The notes beneath the pieces are model-generated. The model made no database searches, was not told the DNA's origin, and worked only from the letters and a program-made list of their open reading frames with translations. Positions 7,485-14,283 of a stretch of DNA of 26,344 nt are shown here, piece after piece. Each line of letters starts with the position of its first letter. Within the stretch, counting starts at the first letter, position 1. Made by a program: the position numbers and the translations under genes. The stretch spans positions 1 to 26,344 of IMG/VR virus record IMGVR_UViG_3300032233_001718; one strand, given 5' to 3'. Source of the DNA: a virus (Duplodnaviria > Caudoviricetes).

Positions 7485-7721
7485 ATGAAAGAAAAAAATG
7501 AATGGAGCCTGTTGATTTGTTGTCATGGAGAAGTGGAATCCAACTGCTTTTCATGCAAAGAAATCAAAACACTGAAAGCAAAACTCAAAAAAGCGAGCGA
7601 TACGTTCATTGCGATTTCGGAATACTGGAACGGCAGCGGAAACTCTATGGCGTTGATCGATGCGTTGGAAGCCATGAGAAACATGGCAGATGAAGCGGCG
7701 AAGGCGATGGAGGAGCGGTGA
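7485..7721 (+). CDS. Hypothetical protein with Cys/His cluster
   Basis: SD GGAG 7476-7479; CCHG...CFSC; AT-rich; ends ADEAAKAMEER. Confidence 0.7.
   Translation: MKEKNEWSLLICCHGEVESNCFSCKEIKTLKAKLKKASDTFIAISEYWNGSGNSMALIDALEAMRNMADEAAKAMEER
7695..7715 (+). repeat. Direct repeat copy 3 (GCGGCGAAGGCGATGGAGGAG)
   Basis: 21-bp exact match to the core of copies 1 and 2. Confidence 0.93.
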
Positions 7722-7930
7722 TACACGTCACGGTTCAAGCCAAACCAAAGTCACCATCGTTCTACGCGACCGTTGTGGTCGGCAAAGAACAGTTCAACGG
7801 ATATGGAGAATGCAAATGGACAGCAATACTGGACGCGGTGCAGAGAGCCAAGAGTCACTTCAGCCGACCCCAAGAAATTGTCGAATCATCGTCGCCGGAG
7901 CAGGAGCCATTGCTGCCATTCTCAGGCTGA
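7718..7930 (+). CDS. Hypothetical protein
   Basis: GTGA start/stop overlap following GGAGGAG; 70 aa. Confidence 0.65.
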   Translation: MIHVTVQAKPKSPSFYATVVVGKEQFNGYGECKWTAILDAVQRAKSHFSRPQEIVESSSPEQEPLLPFSG

Positions 7931-8118
7931 CGAGCCATGCCGCCAGCAATCAGAATGACCTGCGTATCAGGGCGATTGAGGTGGCCGACGAAATCCGCAA
8001 CCTGGAGCGGGTGATTGACCATTTGCTCCCGCACCCCGAGGAGAAGAAGATGGTCGCCAAGGTCAAGGCCGGATTGAAGAAGGGAGGCAAGCGTGCGACC
8101 AACCGTAAGGCCCGGTGA
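7909..8118 (+). CDS. Hypothetical basic helical protein, start uncertain
   Basis: 3' part of ORF 7690-8118 fills the gap and reads protein-like (LRIRAIEVADEIRNLERVIDHLL); no clear ATG near the gap, possible ATT/CTG start. Confidence 0.4.
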   Translation: MAAILRLTSHAASNQNDLRIRAIEVADEIRNLERVIDHLLPHPEEKKMVAKVKAGLKKGGKRATNRKAR

Positions 8119-8290
8119 CATTGCGTACGTTCGCGTCCGCGTCATCGGCCAAGTCAAGGCCAACGGGTTTGGCGAGATTGCCGTCGAACCCATCGACAAG
8201 TTCACGCAGCAGTCACGGCCAGGCATGTATATGTACGTCGAGGACAAGGAAGTCATCACGCTCGAAGAAGCAAGGAGGCTAGTCAAATGA
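8093..8290 (+). CDS. Hypothetical protein (small beta-rich)
   Basis: SD GGGAGG before GTG; ATGA overlap with primase. Confidence 0.65.
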   Translation: MRPTVRPGDIAYVRVRVIGQVKANGFGEIAVEPIDKFTQQSRPGMYMYVEDKEVITLEEARRLVK

Positions 8291-9153
8291 TCCCTCAAGG
8301 ATTTGTTCGCGTCAGCAAGGGCAAGCCATGCCCGGTGTGCAGCAAGCCCGACTGGTGTTTGGTGGCGAAGGACGGGTCGGCGGCTATCTGTCCGAGATTG
8401 CCCAGCAACAAGCAAATCGGTGACGCCGGATTCCTGCACCGCCTCACCAACGACTTCCACCCGTCGATGGTGCCGACGTTTCAGAAGCCCGTCAGCATCG
8501 ACGCTACGGGCATCGCACGCCGATACCAAGACGGCATGGGCGAGAAGGAATACACGTCGCTGGCTGAAGCGTTGGGCGTGTCGCAGGAATCGCTCATGGG
8601 CCTAAGCGTCGGCAAGGCCGACCAGTATCTTGAGGGAACGTACTCGTTCCCGATGCGAGATGCAAGCGACAACATCATCGGCGTAAGACTTCGCAACGCG
8701 GACGGACACAAGTGGGCAATCTATGGTTCAAGGTCCGGTTTGTTCTACGGCTCACTTGAGCATGGAGAAACGATCTATGTGTGCGAAGGTCCGACCGATA
8801 CGGCGGCTCTCATGGACATGGGATTGTGCGGCATAGGCAAGCCGAGCTGCAATGGTGGAAATGAGATACTGGTTGAAATCATCAAAAAACTTCGACCGCC
8901 CTTGGTGGTGGTGATTGCCGACGTTGATCCCAAGTCAGGTAAATGCGATTTCTGCGAGCAGCAGTTCTGTCAGCACTGTCACCCTGGACAACACGGGGCG
9001 GCGACCACAGCCAAGGCAATCTCAGCCGTTGGTATTAGCGTCAAAATCATTGAACCAATCAACGCAAAGGATTTGAGACAGTGGCGAAGGAACGGTTTGA
9101 CCAAGGCGGCATTTCAAGCGGTCGTCAACAATACGTTTTTCTGGTCAGGTTGA
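8287..9153 (+). CDS. DNA primase (Zn-binding domain + TOPRIM)
   Basis: CPVCSKPDWC...ICPR zinc motif; FPMRD...IGVRLR; TOPRIM VCEGPTD and IADVD; terminal KDLRQW. Confidence 0.9.
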   Translation: MIPQGFVRVSKGKPCPVCSKPDWCLVAKDGSAAICPRLPSNKQIGDAGFLHRLTNDFHPSMVPTFQKPVSIDATGIARRYQDGMGEKEYTSLAEALGVSQESLMGLSVGKADQYLEGTYSFPMRDASDNIIGVRLRNADGHKWAIYGSRSGLFYGSLEHGETIYVCEGPTDTAALMDMGLCGIGKPSCNGGNEILVEIIKKLRPPLVVVIADVDPKSGKCDFCEQQFCQHCHPGQHGAATTAKAISAVGISVKIIEPINAKDLRQWRRNGLTKAAFQAVVNNTFFWSG

Positions 9154-9166
9154 CCTGACATATACT
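9138..9166 (+). promoter_or_regulatory. Putative promoter with operator-like palindrome, leaderless transcript
   Basis: GTCAGGT-TG-ACCTGAC palindrome 9144-9159; -10 TATACT 9161-9166; ATG 5 nt later with no SD; -35 weak. Confidence 0.5.
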
Positions 9167-9171
9167 TTGCC

Positions 9172-9351
9172 ATGAATCTCAATGACTATTTGACCCGAGA
9201 AGAAGCCGCCGATATTCGGAAGGTTTCTGTTAGGACTATTGACCGATGGCTAAAGGCCGGTTCTATTCCGCACGTTCGTTACCGAAGGCTTGTGTTGATC
9301 CGCAAGAAGGACGTGCTGAACACGGTCGCCCCTCGACCGGGACCGAAGTGA
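9172..9351 (+). CDS. Excisionase-family / HTH_17 DNA-binding protein (59 aa, absent from ORF track)
   Basis: MNLNDYLTREEAADIRKVSVRTIDRWLKAGSIPHVRYRRLVLIRKKDV matches the LT..EAA..L.VS..TI.RW...G.IP consensus. Confidence 0.88.
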   Translation: MNLNDYLTREEAADIRKVSVRTIDRWLKAGSIPHVRYRRLVLIRKKDVLNTVAPRPGPK

Positions 9352-9698
9352 TCGACATTTCGGAGCTTGCCATGATGCGTCCCAAAGGCAGAGCCAGAGG
9401 CAGGGTCAAGCACGAACCGGGTCGAATGAACCGGCTTGAAGCGGAGTATGCCGCATTTCTGTGCGGGGTCTTTCATCGGTTCGAGTCCGTCAAGTTCAGG
9501 CTTGCGGACAAGACGTTCTACACGCCGGACTTCATGGTCATGCTGGCTGACGGCAGCATCGAGTTCCATGAGGTCAAAGGATTCTGGGAGGACGATGCTC
9601 GCGTCAAGATCAAAGTCTTTGCGGAGATGTACCCCGAGTTCGTGGTCAAGGCCGTGACCAAGAGCAAGGGACAGTGGAACGTCGAAGTGATTGGCTGA
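9348..9698 (+). CDS. PD-(D/E)XK endonuclease (DUF1064-like / Holliday junction resolvase-like)
   Basis: MNRLEAEY, YTPDF, HEVKG, DARVKIK motifs; start GTG 9348 (overlap) or ATG 9372. Confidence 0.82.
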   Translation: MIDISELAMMRPKGRARGRVKHEPGRMNRLEAEYAAFLCGVFHRFESVKFRLADKTFYTPDFMVMLADGSIEFHEVKGFWEDDARVKIKVFAEMYPEFVVKAVTKSKGQWNVEVIG

Positions 9699-9713
9699 CT
9701 AGAATCCTGCACC

Positions 9714-10385
9714 ATGGCGCAGGAACACACGACTTCCAAGACGGCGGTGGCAATTGCCTTGTGCATCGCCGCCGCCTTTTTGTTTGGATGTGAGCCGAAG
9801 GTGGCATCGCCACGCAACCCCGAGAAGCGGGTTGCAGCGAGCCAAGCCATGCTTGAAGCCGAACAACTCGCTCAAGAGAAAGAGCGAGAAGCCAAGGCAA
9901 TCGAGTCAAAGTTTCAGGTAGCGGTCAAGAAGGTTGAGGCCCAGGCTCAGATCAATCTTGCTGAGATCACGGCGGCTCACAATGAATCTCTCGACAAGGT
10001 TCAGGCCGAAGCGACTGCATTGCGAGAAACCACAAAGCAGGCAATCACCGTGGCCGAGGAGCAGCAGAACGCTTGGCTCAATGGGATCAACGCCATCGGC
10101 GGTGTTGCCCAGCAAAGCGGATTGCCCGGCATCGCCACCATCGGCGGTTTGCTGACCGGCGTGATCGGCATGGTCAGTGCCGGTCGCAACAAAATTCTTG
10201 CAAGCAATGCCGAGGCCGAGAAGCAGAAGCAGGCTGAGATTGCGGCGAGACTTGTGGACTCAATCGACGTGCTGAAGCACATCGCACCTGAAGTAGCGGG
10301 GGCCATGAAAGCGAATTCCAGGATTCTTTCCGAGTGGCAAGGACCGGAGGTTGTCAACTTTGTGAACAAGGTTCAGCACACATGA
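9714..10385 (+). CDS. Lipoprotein with coiled coil and second hydrophobic segment; spanin candidate
   Basis: Signal peptide AVAIALCIAAAFLFG-C lipobox; ~90-aa A/E/K/Q-rich helix; LPGIATIGGLLTGVIGMVSAG hydrophobic segment. Confidence 0.6.
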   Translation: MAQEHTTSKTAVAIALCIAAAFLFGCEPKVASPRNPEKRVAASQAMLEAEQLAQEKEREAKAIESKFQVAVKKVEAQAQINLAEITAAHNESLDKVQAEATALRETTKQAITVAEEQQNAWLNGINAIGGVAQQSGLPGIATIGGLLTGVIGMVSAGRNKILASNAEAEKQKQAEIAARLVDSIDVLKHIAPEVAGAMKANSRILSEWQGPEVVNFVNKVQHT

Positions 10386-10687
10386 GCAATCCCCCTTTGC
10401 TAGATGCCAACAAGCCCATTGCCGCCAAGCTTCTTCCGGGTCAGTGGTTTGGAGTGATCGGTGCCATACTCGTCGGTTCAGGCATGATCTACACCACGCT
10501 ATTCAAGATGGATCAGAGCGTGGCCGAGGCACGGCGACAGGCCGCATCCGCCGAGCAAATGGCCGAGAAAGCCTTGGATCAGGCCAGTTCGATGAAGACT
10601 CAACTAGACAGTACCCTCATGCAACTTTCGGCCAAGCTTGGCCGCATCGAAGGTTTGCTTGAGGCCATGCAGAAGAAGGCCCAATAA
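10382..10687 (+). CDS. Single-pass membrane protein with coiled coil; holin- or i-spanin-like
   Basis: TM WFGVIGAILVGSGMIYTTLF followed by coiled coil ending LGRIEGLL; ATGA overlap with lipoprotein gene. Confidence 0.55.
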   Translation: MSNPPLLDANKPIAAKLLPGQWFGVIGAILVGSGMIYTTLFKMDQSVAEARRQAASAEQMAEKALDQASSMKTQLDSTLMQLSAKLGRIEGLLEAMQKKAQ

Positions 10688-10697
10688 GGAGCAAGCA

Positions 10698-11192
10698 ATG
10701 GCTTCGTATGTATTCTCGTTCACTGGCGCAAACAGCAGCATTTCCAATACTACTGCCGGTCAGATTTGGCAAGAGATCCCCCTTGATTCTTCGCAAGGCA
10801 ACTACGCCCAAGCCAATACCGGCCACCAAGCCATCGACATCAGTGCCACTGATTCGGCTGCTGGTGCGGCCAGCACGCTGACTTTGGCTTGGGTTGATTG
10901 CGACTCGAACAAGGCCAACTCGGTGATGGGCGTGAGCAAGATTGACACGATTACGATTACGCCCGGATCGAGAAAGACTGCGATTGACAACAGCGGAACC
11001 CCGGCGGTTTGTGCCGTTTCCGCCGCATCCTCAAGTAGCAGTCTTGTGAAGGTGACCGGCATTGGAGATGTGATTGACCTCCGCACGTCGCCCGTCGCCC
11101 TTCCCAAGCGTCGTCTGTTCATCGGTCTCACGACTCTTGGTGCCGGTGCGGGAACCATCACCGTCATCGTGACTCCGACCAAGATCATCTAA
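10698..11192 (+). CDS. Hypothetical beta-rich protein, paralog A
   Basis: SD TAAGGAG; MASYVFSF...IVTPTKII; colinear with next gene. Confidence 0.8.
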   Translation: MASYVFSFTGANSSISNTTAGQIWQEIPLDSSQGNYAQANTGHQAIDISATDSAAGAASTLTLAWVDCDSNKANSVMGVSKIDTITITPGSRKTAIDNSGTPAVCAVSAASSSSSLVKVTGIGDVIDLRTSPVALPKRRLFIGLTTLGAGAGTITVIVTPTKII

Positions 11193-11677
11193 TGGCTTCA
11201 TACGTCGTTTCATTCTCAACGATCTCATCCAGTCTCACTGACTGGAAAGTGATACCGCTTGATGATTCTGACGCAACGTATTGCAATCCATCGCTGGGTC
11301 ACGTTGGCGTTGATATCTCGGGCATTGACGTGAACAACGCCGAAGCAATCACCATTGGCGTTGCGTGGGCCGACTGCGACACCAAGAAAGCAAACGCAAT
11401 CTTGGGAGTTACGAAGTACGCGGAATATCTTGGCGACATCAATGGACGGCGAACCGGATTGAACAACGCAAGCGGCGACTACGTTGTTGAAAGCGTCCGC
11501 GAATCAGTGACTTCATTGCCGCCCCCGATTCGATCACTTGGCATCGGTCCGGCGATTGATCGAAGGTCGTCGCCGCGAACCGGCATCAAGCGAATCATGC
11601 TTGTCGGCATCGTCGCCGCCGACATCCTGTTCCCATTTGGAATCACGTTGATTGTGACCCCGACCAGAATCATCTAA
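11192..11677 (+). CDS. Hypothetical beta-rich protein, paralog B
   Basis: TAATG overlap; MASYVVSF...IVTPTRII. Confidence 0.8.
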   Translation: MASYVVSFSTISSSLTDWKVIPLDDSDATYCNPSLGHVGVDISGIDVNNAEAITIGVAWADCDTKKANAILGVTKYAEYLGDINGRRTGLNNASGDYVVESVRESVTSLPPPIRSLGIGPAIDRRSSPRTGIKRIMLVGIVAADILFPFGITLIVTPTRII

Positions 11678-13944
11678 TGCCACGCAAGAAACAGTCAACC
11701 GATTTGCCGGATGACATGCAGGCTGATTGGGTGCTTGCACTCAATCTGCCTGAGATCCCGCCGTCCAAGTTGTCAGGCAAGATCAACCCGGAACACTACC
11801 GAGTACGGCTTGCCCATATCAACCTTGTGGCCGAGGCAGCCGTCAAGCGTGGCGGTGCGATCCCGTTCAACGTCGAATCGCTCACGAAGATGATCGAGCG
11901 TGAAGCGTCGATGGCTGGTCTTGATGCGGCCAGCATCTCGGACGCACGCAGCGAGGGTGACAAGCTCACGGCTGCTGTTCAACGCCTGCTTGACGACGGC
12001 GACAAGGACACTATCTTCGAGATGACCGATGACGATATCGAGATCATCGAGAAGAACATGCTCAAGGCCATCGACGGTGAGCCTGGTGCATTGAGGCTGA
12101 TTGAGGATCGGATGCTGCACAGCGGGATGGAGGACCGCTTGCAACGGGGAAAAAAGTGGCTCAACCGCCTGAAGCGGATCAAGCGGTTGAGGGAATACGC
12201 GAGGAACCCGATCCCGCCGAGCGTCAAGAAGACGCTGATCGACAACCCGACGCTTGAAGCCGCGTGGGAATCGACTCACATCCTTCGCTACATGCTGTAC
12301 GTCGGTCGCACTTCGACCCTTCCGTACAAGACCGAGCGAGGATTCTCGACCGGCGTTTACCGATTCGGCAAGCATCACATCCGGTTCGCGGTCGATACTT
12401 GGGAAGCACGCACCGGCTGCGACTACTACCAAGGCAAGATCAATCTGCGTGGCCGTCGACCCAACAAGGGCGTGATCCTCATCGCACCGCCAGGCCACGG
12501 CAAGAGCGAGTTCGCTTCGCACTATCTCGCCCTCGAAATCAATCTCAGGCCCACCACGCAATCGCTCTACATCCATGCGATTGCTGACAAGGCTCAAGAA
12601 CAGAAGGCTCACGTCGCTCGCCTGTTTGATCGAGAGACTTCGGCTGGTCGTCGCAATCTGTCCTTGTGGAATCACGTTCTCGACAAGAGCGACAACAACA
12701 AGACCAAGATGCGTCTGAAGTTGCCGGAGCGAACCAAGTCGCCCACGGTGACGGCGACCGGCATCATGTCGGCCCAGCTCGGTGCCGACACCAACATCCA
12801 GATCCTCGACGACATCGTGCCCCAATCCGACGTGGATCAACCCACCGAACGCGACCGTCGATTCAAGATTCTGTCCGGTACGTTCGGCACTCGCCAGCGT
12901 GGTCAAGATACGTTCAGGGTCGTCATCGGTACGTTCTGGCACCATGATGATGCCCTGTCTCGATTGTGGAAGACGAGCGACCGAAGCGACCTGTACTTGT
13001 GCAGCAAGCAGTACACGGGCGGCCCCACTACGTCGCCGCCGTTCTTTTCCTTGTGGCCCGAGGTGTTCCCTGCCAGCGAACTTCGCCGTCGCTTTCAGGA
13101 GATGAACCAGAACATTTCTCTTTGGTCGGCCAACTATCAAGGCAACCCGATCACCGAGGAAGCAAGGCTCATCAAGCGGCTGGCGTATTACGACCCCGAC
13201 GATCCGAGCCATCAGGATTTCATGGCATCGTCGGTGTACCACGTCACGGTTGACCCCACCGCCACCAACAAGGAAACCAGCGACAAGGCAGGCTTGCTGT
13301 ACGTCGCCGTGGGCGAAGTCCCGACCGTCAGCATCAAGGACGGCGAGACAAAGTTCGGGTTCGTCAACAAGGCCAGGATCATCGACTACAAGGAGATCCG
13401 CGTCAATCAGGTGGAGTTGGCCGACACCGTGGCCCGATACGCCGCGACCCATCCGGTGTATCAAGTCCACATTGAAACCCGTGGCGGTTTCCAAGCCACC
13501 GCCGATATCCTCCAGAACAAGTGGGGAATCGAAGCGGTACGTCACGACCCAGGCCCCAAGAACAAGGAGCAACGCCTCAAGCAATGCGCAGGCGTGATCG
13601 ACAACTCCCTGCAAGGCTTGCCCGCATTGGTTGAGTTTCCCGGCGTGACCATGACGGATGGCAAGGTCAGCCAAGACGAAAAGCACAAAGCGTTCTACCA
13701 GCAGTTTCTCGATTTCGGCTACGCCACCGACGACCATTGCGTTGACGCGCTCACTCAACTCGTCAACTACCTGCTACGATCAGGCGTGTTGGTCGCCGGT
13801 GGCGAGGCGAGTGTGGCCGTGGGCGGCATCAGGGAACCAAGAAACCCCCGCATGTCATCCGAACTCGATCAGTACGAGCAGCCCAAGCAACGCCATGACG
13901 GGGCCGAGGATTGGAACTGGTTTTCCGAGAGGAGCATGGAATGA
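11677..13944 (+). CDS. terL: Terminase large subunit with long N-terminal extension
   Basis: Walker A IAPPGHGKS, Walker B IQILDD, IGTFWHHDD, YQGNP, nuclease TVDPT, DDHCVDALTQ; upstream of portal. Confidence 0.93.
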   Translation: MPRKKQSTDLPDDMQADWVLALNLPEIPPSKLSGKINPEHYRVRLAHINLVAEAAVKRGGAIPFNVESLTKMIEREASMAGLDAASISDARSEGDKLTAAVQRLLDDGDKDTIFEMTDDDIEIIEKNMLKAIDGEPGALRLIEDRMLHSGMEDRLQRGKKWLNRLKRIKRLREYARNPIPPSVKKTLIDNPTLEAAWESTHILRYMLYVGRTSTLPYKTERGFSTGVYRFGKHHIRFAVDTWEARTGCDYYQGKINLRGRRPNKGVILIAPPGHGKSEFASHYLALEINLRPTTQSLYIHAIADKAQEQKAHVARLFDRETSAGRRNLSLWNHVLDKSDNNKTKMRLKLPERTKSPTVTATGIMSAQLGADTNIQILDDIVPQSDVDQPTERDRRFKILSGTFGTRQRGQDTFRVVIGTFWHHDDALSRLWKTSDRSDLYLCSKQYTGGPTTSPPFFSLWPEVFPASELRRRFQEMNQNISLWSANYQGNPITEEARLIKRLAYYDPDDPSHQDFMASSVYHVTVDPTATNKETSDKAGLLYVAVGEVPTVSIKDGETKFGFVNKARIIDYKEIRVNQVELADTVARYAATHPVYQVHIETRGGFQATADILQNKWGIEAVRHDPGPKNKEQRLKQCAGVIDNSLQGLPALVEFPGVTMTDGKVSQDEKHKAFYQQFLDFGYATDDHCVDALTQLVNYLLRSGVLVAGGEASVAVGGIREPRNPRMSSELDQYEQPKQRHDGAEDWNWFSERSME

Positions 13945-14273
13945 ACGAAGCGGTAGTCATCACAATCGTCGTCACGGCGGCGACCGTCGCACTTTGCTTT
14001 TGCATCATTGCTGCCAGATCAATCGCCGCCATGTCGAACGCAATCAACGAACAGAACGAGAAGCATTCGCAGCACATGCGGATTCTGACCAATATGTTCG
14101 CGGAATCAAGCCTGGCGATCAGCGAGAAGAATCTCGAACTTCTCATGCGGAAGCATGACGTTCAGACGGCTCCGGTGACTCGATACAATCCCCCGGCACC
14201 GCCCGAAGATACCTTTGACATCAACGCCATCATCGAGGCAGGACCGCCTCATGGCGGCGATCCCAGCAAGTAA
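13941..14273 (+). CDS. Hypothetical membrane protein
   Basis: SD GAGGAG, ATGA overlap; N-terminal TM AVVITIVVTAATVALCFCIIAA. Confidence 0.7.
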   Translation: MNEAVVITIVVTAATVALCFCIIAARSIAAMSNAINEQNEKHSQHMRILTNMFAESSLAISEKNLELLMRKHDVQTAPVTRYNPPAPPEDTFDINAIIEAGPPHGGDPSK

Positions 14274-14283
14274 GGACTGAACC

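Noticed and set aside
6242-7715. Direct repeats as a CRISPR array
   Set aside because: Spacing of about 600-800 bp with whole genes between, no cas operon; the Cas4-like nuclease sits in a normal recombination module.
9172-9351. Evidence of lysogeny from excisionase-like gene
   Set aside because: HTH_17 proteins are often simple regulators; no integrase, repressor or att site identified in the window.
11773-13758. 661-aa minus-strand ORF
   Set aside because: Antisense shadow of terL; no motifs, explained by codon bias on the coding strand.
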